36,172 bases of DNA from IMG/VR virus record IMGVR_UViG_3300022936_000190, positions 1 to 36,172 of that record; one strand, 5' to 3'. A model generated the notes under the pieces. It did not search any database, was not told the origin of the DNA, and saw only the letters and a program-made list of their open reading frames with translations. This document shows, piece after piece, positions 10,556-19,705 of the stretch. This DNA is from a virus. Its lineage: Duplodnaviria; Caudoviricetes. Numbering within the stretch: position 1 is the stretch's first letter; each line of letters starts with the position of its first letter. The position numbers and the translations under genes were made by a program.

Positions 10556-10615
10556 TGTTCTGCCTCGCTTGATGAAGTGTGCCGCAATTTGAACTTGGCC
10601 GAGCAGCCGGCGGGA

Positions 10616-10860
10616 CTAGCTGTCGGACGTGCTGGAACCGAACAAGCCGCGCAATTTGTCTGGCGTCATCGGCTCGAGCTTTTCAGGAGCTTCCTGCTCG
10701 TCGCTTCCGAAAACCGCGCGCAACATGGCGGTTTTCCCGGAGTAGCCGACCAGGATCGCATTGACGTCGGCCGTTGAGGCCTGCTGCTCGGACCAGCCGA
10801 GCCAGCCCAGAGCCAACTCGGCTAATGCGTCGTAAAACTCGATGAGCGAAACTACTTCCC
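10616..10860 (-). CDS. Tail assembly chaperone C-terminal extension (gpT-like), probably reached by -1 frameshift
   Basis: Frame open across the stop of the upstream chaperone (GEVVSLIEFYDALAELALGWLGWSEQQA...); LGW motif; lies between chaperone and TMP. Confidence 0.65.
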
Positions 10861-11202
10861 CTGAGGGTCCGCCTCTCCCTCTCCCCCCGTTTCCTGCACG
10901 GGCCGGCCCCCGTTCGCCAGGATCGTAAGGTAGCTGATGACCGGGGCCACCAAGTCAGCCATCCCGGTAGTGAAAACCTTGTCGGGAAGTTCGCGCGCTT
11001 CTTTGCCCTCGGCTCCTAAGCCCAATGCAATGACCGTGACCAATACGTCGAAGTCGAAGCGACCGACTGCCTCGATCGCACTCGCGATGCCGCCTTTCGC
11101 TCGGGAGATGTTTTGCGCGGCTTTGAGCGTGGGACGGAGAGTAGCGGGCTCACCGTTGAGCTCGATATCGACGTTGCCGGCGCCAATGTGTGTTTTGGTC
11201 AT
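10852..11202 (-). CDS. Tail assembly chaperone (gpG-like, GTA-related family)
   Basis: 116 aa between major tail protein and TMP; LNGE..TLRPTLKAA and LANGGRP motifs. Confidence 0.75.
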   Translation of the reverse strand: MTKTHIGAGNVDIELNGEPATLRPTLKAAQNISRAKGGIASAIEAVGRFDFDVLVTVIALGLGAEGKEARELPDKVFTTGMADLVAPVISYLTILANGGRPVQETGGEGEADPQGK

Positions 11203-11217
11203 TCAGCGATCTTTCAA

Positions 11218-11712
11218 TTAGGTGGCGGAAGCCAGGACGTCGACGAAATTGGAATTTGGCAGCAGGGTCACAGCCAGCATGCGGTTAGTGTTCGCCGAGC
11301 CGCCGATGTAGCGAGCGCCGCTGACAAGGGCGATAAAGTAGGTCACGCCGTTCTTGGGGCTGGCGCCGACAGCAGGCTTGTCGTTCCACTCGATCTTGAT
11401 CATGTAATTCGAGTTGGTTTTCTCGGCCGCCTTTACCGCCACCTGGCCAGTATCTGCATCGTCGCGATTGAACTGATTTTCCATGGCGTGCGCAGCGCGC
11501 GTGCCCTTGGCATTCTTGTCACGGCCAAAGTTGATGACCTGCGAGGTGACGACCGCGGCATTGTCGCCTATGTCGCCCATCGTCACCCATTCGCCGATCT
11601 CGACGAAGGCCGGAGAGCCGATGGTGAAATCGCCTATGACAAAGTCGGTGTTTTTGTCGGCCACAGCGGGCCCAATAGAAATCTTGCAGCCAGCTACCGA
11701 ATAGCGTGCCAT
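11218..11712 (-). CDS. Major tail tube protein
   Basis: GGAGA RBS; VEIGEWVTMGDIGD...KGTR...DADTGQ pattern of siphophage tube proteins. Confidence 0.8.
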   Translation of the reverse strand: MARYSVAGCKISIGPAVADKNTDFVIGDFTIGSPAFVEIGEWVTMGDIGDNAAVVTSQVINFGRDKNAKGTRAAHAMENQFNRDDADTGQVAVKAAEKTNSNYMIKIEWNDKPAVGASPKNGVTYFIALVSGARYIGGSANTNRMLAVTLLPNSNFVDVLASAT

Positions 11713-11766
11713 TTGCATTCTCCGTGATGTCAGAAACCCTTGCCGAAGGGGCGCTAGGCCACCGGG

Positions 11767-12191
11767 CTAATTGCCGGCTGCGTCGGTCTCGTACCGAAAT
11801 TCGTAATTGAGGGTGGCGACCGCCTGCCGGGCTTCGCCTTCGCCATCGATGCCAATGGTGGTGCCACGAAGGAAGCTGATAAACACCAGCCGGCCAAAGG
11901 TTGGGTCGGTCTCATGGCTGCCTCAGCAGCTTCACAGTACCCGTCCAGGACCGTGTCTAGGGACGATACTGCCGAGACACGAAGCTCCAAGTTTAGTGTC
12001 AGGGTGCGGGAAAGTCCGAACGCGATGTTTGCGAGCTCGGACTCTTCGGCAACGGTATAGACCAAAGCCACTGGCAGTTCGGCTTGCTCTGTCGGCCGCG
12101 CTCGGTTGGCAAAGACACGACCGGACCAATCCGGAATGCTGGTCAGTGTCGCAATGACGGCTTCGCGAACGCGTTGGCGCTTATGCGTCAT
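11767..12191 (-). pseudogene. Tail terminator (gpU-like), frameshifted near 11913
   Basis: MTHKRQRVREAVIATL...ELPVALVYT N-terminus; the expected C-terminus (ETDPTFGRLV...ATLNYEFRYETDAAGN*) lies in the -1 frame. Confidence 0.7.
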
Positions 12192-12487
12192 TCCATGCGC
12201 TCCAACTGGATTGTGGTCATACCCTGGCCGTCGGGCCGAACTTCCCACCGGCGATAGAGAACGCCGCGCACCACAATAATCGTGTCGTCGGTAATCGTCG
12301 GCAGCTGCGCCGTCCGCACAGATATTGTGGTGATGAGGTCGGATGAACCGCCCTCACCTTCTTCGTCGGCAAAGTGTCGGCTGTCATAAATCGCTTGGAC
12401 GGGAACCCCGCCGATCGTAACCGGCGAGGTCTGAAGATCGTCCCCGAACACGTCGAGGACGGCGCTGTTCAGGGCTGAAAAATCCAT
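12188..12487 (-). CDS. Head-tail joining protein (gpFII-like)
   Basis: 99 aa, C-terminal RPDGQGMTTIQLE motif, position after capsid genes. Confidence 0.75.
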   Translation of the reverse strand: MDFSALNSAVLDVFGDDLQTSPVTIGGVPVQAIYDSRHFADEEGEGGSSDLITTISVRTAQLPTITDDTIIVVRGVLYRRWEVRPDGQGMTTIQLERME

Positions 12488-12492
12488 GACGG

Positions 12493-12813
12493 TTAGACGG
12501 CTGGCTGCTCAGGGGGCAGCAAGAGGAGCGCTGCGACGATGTCCTCTTTCTTGGCTGGCACCGCGGTCAGGTGCTTGCCGGCGGCTGCCTTGAAGGCCGC
12601 CAGGGTGACGCCCTCCTTATCGGCCATGGCGAGCACATCGGCCAGCGGGACCTTGGTGTCGCTGTCGTCGGCAACAATTTTGGTCTTGCGGGCAGCGGCG
12701 CCGCTTTCGATGAGTTCCTTCGCCTCGGATTCACTCGAGAGCTCGAACTCAGCCCCGGGCGCAACCGACTTGTTGATGCCCAAGTTGATGGTGTTGATGG
12801 CAATGAGCTTCAT
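12493..12813 (-). CDS. Small head-associated protein (gpFI position)
   Basis: ATG at 12813 directly after the capsid stop; PGAEFELSSESEAKELIESGAA motif and a C-terminal HeH-like KKEDIVAALL segment. Confidence 0.65.
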   Translation of the reverse strand: MKLIAINTINLGINKSVAPGAEFELSSESEAKELIESGAAARKTKIVADDSDTKVPLADVLAMADKEGVTLAAFKAAAGKHLTAVPAKKEDIVAALLLLPPEQPAV

Positions 12814-12815
12814 GA

Positions 12816-13853
12816 TCAGATCGCCTTCGCGCTGAGGGTTGCGTTGATGCGGTACGGGACCACAAGCGGCGCTGACTGCAGCATGAGGAAGCGGGCCGCA
12901 GGATCCGGCAGGGTCCACGACTTCTGGAAGTAGTCCAGAGCTTGGAAGCCAGCCGTCTCGTCCTTGATGGCACCGAAGTGGCGCACACCCTCGACCTGGC
13001 CAGTGGCGGCCATGACGAGATAGTTGTCGGGTATGTACTTGCCGACGGTGCCCGTTTCATCAACATAGCTGTCCGAGTAGACCCAGATGTTGAAGGCGCC
13101 GAAGGTGCCCATGTACGACGCGCCGGCGCGCATCGAATTGGGGCCGAGATCGAGATCCGTCCGGCGGCTAAAGCCGGAGTTCTTGTCGACCAGCGCCTTA
13201 ACCTTTGCATTGGACCGGAAGATGCTGAACACGTTCTGCGCCATGATGACGTCGACCGCATTTGCACCCGACGAGGCACGGATAAGGCCAGCCCAGTTTT
13301 CTAGGTCGGCAATCGGGTCGGACGCGACGTCGGTCCACAGAGCAGTGCCCGTATTAGTCACCGTCAGGCTGGCGTCACGACCAAAGTTGACCACCGTGGT
13401 GGGATACTTATCGCCGGTGATGGTCACCGATCCGGTCAGCATGATCTTGGACGCCATCCACTCGAGGCGACGGTTGAGCATAGCAATCTGGTCAAGGCTT
13501 TCGGTAGCCAGATTGATGCGACGGAGTTCCATCGGATCGATCGGGCCAGCAATTGCCTGGCCGGGAGCACGACGAACAGCCTTGCCATCTTCGAAGACAC
13601 GCTTGTCCTTGATGTACGCGGGCTTGAAGCTGTTGGTGGTGTAGCCGAGCGACTCGACGATCTGACCCTCGACCAGTGGCGACACGAAAGGCGCGAGGCG
13701 CGGCTTGCCGGTCAGCACGTCGAAGTAGATTTCTTCCTGGGTCGAGATCGAGACCTCGCCGAAGAAGGTGTTGAGCAGGAAGGGCTCCAGTGCCTGAGAC
13801 TTCAGGTCCTGGACGACGCGGTTGAGTACCGCGGAACTGTAAAGATCGACCAT
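12816..13853 (-). CDS. Major capsid protein (lambda gpE family)
   Basis: RLAPFVSPLVEG, FKPAYIKDK, LMLQSAPLVVP motifs. Confidence 0.95.
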   Translation of the reverse strand: MVDLYSSAVLNRVVQDLKSQALEPFLLNTFFGEVSISTQEEIYFDVLTGKPRLAPFVSPLVEGQIVESLGYTTNSFKPAYIKDKRVFEDGKAVRRAPGQAIAGPIDPMELRRINLATESLDQIAMLNRRLEWMASKIMLTGSVTITGDKYPTTVVNFGRDASLTVTNTGTALWTDVASDPIADLENWAGLIRASSGANAVDVIMAQNVFSIFRSNAKVKALVDKNSGFSRRTDLDLGPNSMRAGASYMGTFGAFNIWVYSDSYVDETGTVGKYIPDNYLVMAATGQVEGVRHFGAIKDETAGFQALDYFQKSWTLPDPAARFLMLQSAPLVVPYRINATLSAKAI

Positions 13854-13862
13854 GGGGTTACC

Positions 13863-14234
13863 TCAACGCACAATGCTGGACTGGAGCTTGATGCCGTAGT
13901 CGCGAAGCTGTTCGCGAACGGTCAAGCGGGTGTGACCCGTGCCATAGGTCAGGGCGTTTTCGTCGAAGACGCCGCCATGGTAGGCAATCGTCGTCTTGTC
14001 GGCTGCCGTGGCATCGGTAGCTTCGGCCAGGATGCAAACAGGCACCTGAGAACCATCCGAAGATGCCGAAAGGCTCAGCGTATGCTTGCCAGAAGCTGTG
14101 ATTTTGCCGAGCACGGCGCCGCGCGGCAAGTTCTGCCCGGTGATCAGCACGATCTGGCGGGTCTGTGGGTCATCTTCGCCGGCAAAAATGCCGTCAGGGG
14201 TAAACGTGCCCTGGGATGTGAATGAAGCAACCAT
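13863..14234 (-). CDS. Head decoration protein (gpD family)
   Basis: GQNLPRGAVLGKITASGK...DGSQVPVCILAE motif directly upstream of gpE. Confidence 0.9.
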   Translation of the reverse strand: MVASFTSQGTFTPDGIFAGEDDPQTRQIVLITGQNLPRGAVLGKITASGKHTLSLSASSDGSQVPVCILAEATDATAADKTTIAYHGGVFDENALTYGTGHTRLTVREQLRDYGIKLQSSIVR

Positions 14235-15391
14235 CAGGCGACACTCCCCTTCTTGACATTGGTGTTGGCGCCATTGAAGGACGCGACAACTTTGGCAGCC
14301 TCAGCTGCCGCAGAATCGCCTTCGCCGGTCGTGGACTGGTGGGCGGAGGTAATCTCGGGGGACTGACCCGCCGTGATCTGTTCAAATAGTTTGGCGCGGA
14401 CGCCATCCATCGTCATGCCGGCAGCAATGAAGCTGTCGGCCGCATTGGCTTCGATCGACGGGCACGACTTGCGCGCCAGATCCACGGCAGCACGGATGTC
14501 CTTGGCATTGCTGGTGCGAGCCTTCGCAACATCCATCGATACGCCTTCGCGGATCAGGGCGGATGCCATCGTCGGCACACCAGCAGTCGCGCAGAGATCG
14601 ACGATATCGGCGGCTGCAGCTGCCGTGTTCTTGGTGGCGTCTGCAACAGCAGTCGTCACCTGGCCCTTGAGCTTGTCATTTTCCGCGGCAAGCTGATCCG
14701 CGCGTTCTTTGTCACCCATTGGATCGTCTCCGGTTGAGGTGGTGGTAGCGGCGGTTCGCGCCGGGGTATTGGGCTCAGGGAGAGACCAATTCTTTTTGCT
14801 CGCGAGCGTTTTCAGCTTCTGCGGAGCGTGTGCATAAATGCGGTAATCGAAGGCGGCCACGGCCTTGGCCTTCGTTTCGGTTGTGGCGTCGGCGAAACCC
14901 TCTTCCACAGCCTGGTCAGGCGTGAACCAGCGTTCGGCCTTCATGATCTCGCGGCATTCGTCGGCGGTTTTGCCCGACTTGGCCGAGTAGACCCGCGCAT
15001 AAGCCGTCGCGAGCGCTTCCAAGCCTTCGATCGTCTTGGCGTGATCGTCAGAGGTGCCCCAGGTCATGCCCGAAGGATCGTGGATCATCATCACGGCGCC
15101 GGCGGACATGGTGACCGTCGCGCCTGCCATCGCGATCAGCGATGCAGCAGACGCTGCGATGCCTTCGACCACAATGTTTGTGATTCCAGGGCGTGCAGAC
15201 AGCAGCGCGTGGATGGCCGCGCCTTCGGTCGCAATGCCGCCGGGCGAGTTGACGAACACGTCGAGCTCGGAATCGGCATCGATCTGGGCAAGTGCAATGA
15301 CGACATCGTTCGATGTGAACCCGTCGTCATAATAATAGTCACCGACGTAGCCGGAGAGCCGAAGCTTCCCGTCTTCCAAAATGACAGCCAT
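14234..15391 (-). CDS. Prohead protease (ClpP-related) with C-terminal scaffold
   Basis: VNSPGG, GIAASAASLIAMAG, MMIHDP, ERWFTPDQAVEEGFAD motifs. Confidence 0.92.
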   Translation of the reverse strand: MAVILEDGKLRLSGYVGDYYYDDGFTSNDVVIALAQIDADSELDVFVNSPGGIATEGAAIHALLSARPGITNIVVEGIAASAASLIAMAGATVTMSAGAVMMIHDPSGMTWGTSDDHAKTIEGLEALATAYARVYSAKSGKTADECREIMKAERWFTPDQAVEEGFADATTETKAKAVAAFDYRIYAHAPQKLKTLASKKNWSLPEPNTPARTAATTTSTGDDPMGDKERADQLAAENDKLKGQVTTAVADATKNTAAAAADIVDLCATAGVPTMASALIREGVSMDVAKARTSNAKDIRAAVDLARKSCPSIEANAADSFIAAGMTMDGVRAKLFEQITAGQSPEITSAHQSTTGEGDSAAAEAAKVVASFNGANTNVKKGSVA

Positions 15392-15405
15392 GTTGTGAAC
15401 CTCAG

Positions 15406-16920
15406 TTAGGGTTGAGCGCGCTCAGGCTGCTCGTCATCTTCCTGCCCGGCATTGGCGCCAGAGCGGGTCGTCTTGCGTGGGTCGGTGTCGAACACCAGAC
15501 CAGAGGCATCTGCACGTTTGTTGTCCGAAGTGATCTCGGCATCGATCTGCTCGACGTCGTCGCCGGCTGCTGACACAACGGCCGCGCGTGACTTGAACCC
15601 GGCACGAACTTCGAGCTCTTTCGATTGCACGTCTTGGACCGGGTGAATGTATGCCCAGCCCTGCGGAACCCACTTCGCCCGAGCCACCTGCCCCACCGTT
15701 ACGCCAGCCGGCAGCGTTACGCGACCCGACAGGATCGCCAGTTCGGCCCAGCGGCGAAGGATCGGACGGCACCACTGAAACACCACCAGGTGGTGCTGCC
15801 ACATGGCGCAGCGGCGCCGGAATTCGTTGACCGCAGCTCGAAACGTTCGGTCGTTGATCTGCGAATAGTCGCCGGTCAGCTGCTCGTACAGGATGCCAAG
15901 CGACGTCGAGACGCCCCGCATTTGCTGGCGAACAAAGTCCTCATAGCTGTCGCCTGGCGACGGCGGAGCAGACCAGTTGACGGACCGACCGGGCGGCAAA
16001 ACCTGCATTGTGCCGGGTTCAAGCGAAGCTAATTCGAGCTCTCCGTCGGTTGAAACCTGCCCGCCCATCAGGTCTTCTTCGTCGCCGATCCCCTCCTCGC
16101 CGTCATCCGTGATAAAACCGGCGAAAAGCGCTGCAATCTGCTGCCGGACAAGCTGGGCATCATCGTATTTGTCCAGATCATGCAGCTTCACCAAAGCTCG
16201 GGTGAGCCATGGTTCACCGCGGACCTGACCAGGCCGGCGCACAGCCGCCAAGTGGGCAACTTCCCCAGCAGGAACGGGAAATGTGTTGATCGCGCCCAAC
16301 GTAACGAGGTTTGGCCCGTCGTTCGGATGGGTCTTGTGCATGTGGTAGGCGAACCGACGTCCGATTGTGTCGAACTCGACGCCGCACCGAACCACGTTGG
16401 CGCCCGTACCGCCTGAGTTCTTCTCCTCAGGCACGTATTCCGCCTCGAGGACCTGAATTTGCAACGGGACGGACAGGCCATCCTGCGGCAACCTGGCCCG
16501 CATGCGTGAAAAGACGTCACCCCCCTCGACCATCGACCGCACGGCCAAAGCCTGCAGCCCGTAGAAGTCTAGCCGACCTTCAGCGTCGGCCTCGTCGGTC
16601 CATTCCAAGAAGGCATCAGCCAGTTGTCGATTGAATTCCGGGTTTGATGTCGCGAACTGTGGCTTGATCCCAGTCCCAATGATGTTCGACACCAAGACGT
16701 CAACGCCAGCCTCGGCATATCCCATCTGCCGAACGGCATCACGGGACCGAGCCCGCAAGGTTTCCACAGATCCGGACAGTAAAGAGTTTGGCCCAGCTGA
16801 TGGCGCCGACCATTTCACCAGGCGCGGGCTTCGGCTTGCCCCTTCATACGCCGCTTTTGCGGCAGTGGGCTTGACGTAAACCGAGGTGCCTTTGATGCGA
16901 TATCGAACAGGGCCGGCCAT
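15406..16920 (-). CDS. Portal protein (lambda gpB family)
   Basis: LRARSRDAVR, RPGQVRGEPWL, YEQLTGDYSQIN motifs. Confidence 0.95.
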   Translation of the reverse strand: MAGPVRYRIKGTSVYVKPTAAKAAYEGASRSPRLVKWSAPSAGPNSLLSGSVETLRARSRDAVRQMGYAEAGVDVLVSNIIGTGIKPQFATSNPEFNRQLADAFLEWTDEADAEGRLDFYGLQALAVRSMVEGGDVFSRMRARLPQDGLSVPLQIQVLEAEYVPEEKNSGGTGANVVRCGVEFDTIGRRFAYHMHKTHPNDGPNLVTLGAINTFPVPAGEVAHLAAVRRPGQVRGEPWLTRALVKLHDLDKYDDAQLVRQQIAALFAGFITDDGEEGIGDEEDLMGGQVSTDGELELASLEPGTMQVLPPGRSVNWSAPPSPGDSYEDFVRQQMRGVSTSLGILYEQLTGDYSQINDRTFRAAVNEFRRRCAMWQHHLVVFQWCRPILRRWAELAILSGRVTLPAGVTVGQVARAKWVPQGWAYIHPVQDVQSKELEVRAGFKSRAAVVSAAGDDVEQIDAEITSDNKRADASGLVFDTDPRKTTRSGANAGQEDDEQPERAQP

Positions 16921-17135
16921 CAGTTGAGGCCTTTGCTGGTCACGAACCGAACCTGACGAGGACGGCGACGCACCTTGCCGGCAGCAGCGTCAACATCGGC
17001 TTGCAGTAGCCGGAGCGTCTCGCGCATCTCGTCGAGACTGCGATAGGTCACTTCACGATCGGCAAACTTCACCTTGGTTGCGCCCTGCGCGATCGCAGCC
17101 TTTAGCTTGTCGACGTCAACCTGGGTCCATGCCAT
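16920..17135 (-). CDS. Head-to-tail joining protein gpW-like
   Basis: 71 aa between terL and portal; LKAAIAQGATKVKFADREVTYRSLDEM. Confidence 0.85.
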   Translation of the reverse strand: MAWTQVDVDKLKAAIAQGATKVKFADREVTYRSLDEMRETLRLLQADVDAAAGKVRRRPRQVRFVTSKGLN

Positions 17136-17145
17136 TCAAATTACC

Positions 17146-19071
17146 TCATCGACCCAGAAAGGATGATCTCGACACAGCGCGCTTCACTTTGCGCGTCGCC
17201 GCCACAGCCACGGCGGGCACCGGTGCAACTTCTTCTTCGACGACTTCTTGTCGGCGCTTTGCCTGAAGCTGCTCGGAAAGCATCCGCTGCACTTTGCCCC
17301 AGCTGATCGACATTGAACGCAGGGCTGCGAATGCGTAGACGCGGCAATCAAGCGCCTCTTGCCGGGTGCTTGGCTTTGGCACCCACGATCGAACGGGAAA
17401 GCCTTTGACGTACTTCGTCACGACGGTCTCAGAAGTCAGCTGCTCGAAATATGCGCCATCCCGATCAGCCGGAAAATGGCAGTACCCGGGGCCCGGCTCC
17501 GCAATACGCAGCCGGCCATAGACGCTGTCCTTGGCGCTATCGACGCCAATATTAAAAAGGGCGATCCTGCCCTTGTTGTTCTTGCTCGCAAGCTTCGGCC
17601 AAACCGGCTTGCCCTCGCCTGCTTGGCCTTTGATGGCCCAAACCCGGCGCCGCGTTTTGTCCCTGACGAAGTTGTAGACCGCGTCAGTTGAGTGGCCGCC
17701 GGAATCGATGGCCGTTGCCGCAACCTGAAGGCTTCGACCGTCTACCGTTTCCGTTGGCGTCAGCAGATATTCGTCGAGATCGTTCCAAATCTCCGGCGAA
17801 GACGGATCGCCATAGATTACCTCGTGATCGAGTGACCAGGACTCGTCGTTTACGCCCCAACCAACCCGCTCGATCTCAAGGCGATCGCCCTGAGTGTCGA
17901 CGCCGCAGGTGACTACTAAGACGCCTTCCGGCGCCTCGCCCTTCCATCCTTCGCGTGCGGCCCGCTCCTGCAAACCATGCATATCGACTTCTTCGCCGCG
18001 TTCTTCCCAGGGCTCGCCGAGCACCAGGTTGACGAAAGTCTTGAGCTCGAGCGGATTGCCTTTGACGCTGAGAAACTCTTCGACCAGCTTCGGCCATGCC
18101 GCATTGGCGAAGAGCGAATACCCAGCCCAGATGTGAAATCCGGCATGCCCGTTAAAGGGCTTATCGGCGATCCACTCGCCTTTATCGACCATCCAGGCTT
18201 TGTCGTGCTCCTCGATGATGCAGCCATTCTCGCACACGTAATGCGTGGTCTTGGGATCATCGTTTTCCCAGCGAATGCCCGACCATTTCAGGGTCTGCTT
18301 TTGCTCGCAGTGCGGGCACGGAACATAGTAGCGGCGCTGATCGCTGGTTCCCCAGGAGCGGAATATTCTGCTGGTCACTTTGATCGCCGGGGTTGAGCCC
18401 AAGATGATCTTTCGATTCCAAAAGCTCTCGGTTCGTTTCTTGCCCAACTTGATCTGGTCACCTTCGTCGCCAGCACCGGCTGGCGGATAACCATCGACCT
18501 CATCGAAAGCCACGACACGAGCCGTGATACGGCGGAAGCCACCCGGCGAATTTGCTCCAACGAACGTAAGGCTGGCGCCATTCTTGAACACCCGCTTCAG
18601 GATCCGCTGGTTGCTGTCCTTTGCCTTCAGGTCACCGGCTATTTCCGCCAGCACCGGCGTATCGCGCAGCATAGGCGCTATTTCGCTGGTGCTGTAATCC
18701 TCGGCGTCCTCGACACGAGGCTGCACGATGAGCAGCGGCGACGGATCCTGATGGATGAAGAACCCCGCCACATGGTCGAGGATTTTGGTATAGCCGACGC
18801 GGGCCGACTTCATCACCGTGATCGTCTCGACCGTCGGGTCCGTCACTGCATCCATGATGCCATTCTGGTAGGCAAAGGCCCTGAACTTGCCCTGCGATGC
18901 GCTCGTTTCCTTCGACAGCACCGCGTACTTGTCTGCCCACCCCGACAAAGACAGCCGTGGCGGGGGCAGCAGAGACACCCGTCGGATATCGACCAGTGCC
19001 CGCCGGAGTATCTCAGGACCGCGCTCGTAGCGCGCGAGTGTCTCAGGCGACGGCGCCGAGATTTCCATCAT
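17146..19071 (-). CDS. Terminase large subunit (GpA family)
   Basis: MKSARVGYT (Walker A-like), AFDEVDGY, STP, YYVPCPHC, GVDTQGDRLE, EALDCRVYA motifs. Exact start uncertain. Confidence 0.95.
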   Translation of the reverse strand: MMEISAPSPETLARYERGPEILRRALVDIRRVSLLPPPRLSLSGWADKYAVLSKETSASQGKFRAFAYQNGIMDAVTDPTVETITVMKSARVGYTKILDHVAGFFIHQDPSPLLIVQPRVEDAEDYSTSEIAPMLRDTPVLAEIAGDLKAKDSNQRILKRVFKNGASLTFVGANSPGGFRRITARVVAFDEVDGYPPAGAGDEGDQIKLGKKRTESFWNRKIILGSTPAIKVTSRIFRSWGTSDQRRYYVPCPHCEQKQTLKWSGIRWENDDPKTTHYVCENGCIIEEHDKAWMVDKGEWIADKPFNGHAGFHIWAGYSLFANAAWPKLVEEFLSVKGNPLELKTFVNLVLGEPWEERGEEVDMHGLQERAAREGWKGEAPEGVLVVTCGVDTQGDRLEIERVGWGVNDESWSLDHEVIYGDPSSPEIWNDLDEYLLTPTETVDGRSLQVAATAIDSGGHSTDAVYNFVRDKTRRRVWAIKGQAGEGKPVWPKLASKNNKGRIALFNIGVDSAKDSVYGRLRIAEPGPGYCHFPADRDGAYFEQLTSETVVTKYVKGFPVRSWVPKPSTRQEALDCRVYAFAALRSMSISWGKVQRMLSEQLQAKRRQEVVEEEVAPVPAVAVAATRKVKRAVSRSSFLGR

Positions 19072-19612
19072 AGGCGAGCTCCTCAAGCGCGTGAGCGACC
19101 TCCTTTTCGATCAGGGCTCGTATTTCCTCAGGCGTCTTCATCAACACCGCCAGCGGCGCGACCGCAGATGGGATTTCCATCAGTTTCGATCGCACCTTCG
19201 CGTACTCAGCGCCGACGATCTTGGCGACTTCCGATACCTTCACGACCTCGCCAGACTTCTCGTCGTATTCAAGCTTTCGGAGGAGCGCGAGGTACGTCTC
19301 CTTGACCTTTTCAGCGTCTGCCTTCGTCGCAAACTGCGACAGCAACTCCGGCGTCAGCCGCTCGGCAGCCTGTTCGAGTGTCTCGTCGGCTTCCGGCTCG
19401 ATGCGAACATCCGTGTTCGCACTTATGTTCGCAGTGTTCGCAGTGCGAACCTGACCCACAACCTCTGTGCGCCACGCTGTGCCGAGGTAGTCAGAGTCTA
19501 TTTTTTTCCCAGAAAGACTGGGGAGGCGACCTTCCTTGACGCCGCGGCGAACCAGCGTATCGCTGCAACCGGCTCGACGTGCGAACTCACGAAAGGACAG
19601 AGGTTCACCCAA
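19043..19612 (-). CDS. Terminase small subunit (Nu1-like)
   Basis: N-terminal HTH (LSFREFARRAGCSDTLVRRGVKEGRL), LEYDEKSGEVV coiled coil, HALEELA end overlapping terL. Start 19612 (TTG) or 19639. Confidence 0.85.
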   Translation of the reverse strand: MGEPLSFREFARRAGCSDTLVRRGVKEGRLPSLSGKKIDSDYLGTAWRTEVVGQVRTANTANISANTDVRIEPEADETLEQAAERLTPELLSQFATKADAEKVKETYLALLRKLEYDEKSGEVVKVSEVAKIVGAEYAKVRSKLMEIPSAVAPLAVLMKTPEEIRALIEKEVAHALEELAYDGNLGAVA

Positions 19613-19649
19613 CTGCGAACAACCTTTCGTACCCTGCACCTAGAGACAG

Positions 19650-19700
19650 TTCGCGGTGCTGAAATACCCTCATCCAGAATGGACCGTAGGGACCCTGACA
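19650..19700 (-). other. Putative cos region (cosQ-like GGGTCCC at 19695-19689)
   Basis: Intergenic between HNH gene and terS; one mismatch to lambda cosQ GGGTCCT. Confidence 0.5.
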
Positions 19701-19705
19701 CCCGA

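Noticed and set aside
19415-19440. GTTC repeats as a LexA box
   Set aside because: Spacers are 8 and 5 nt rather than 7, and the site is intragenic.
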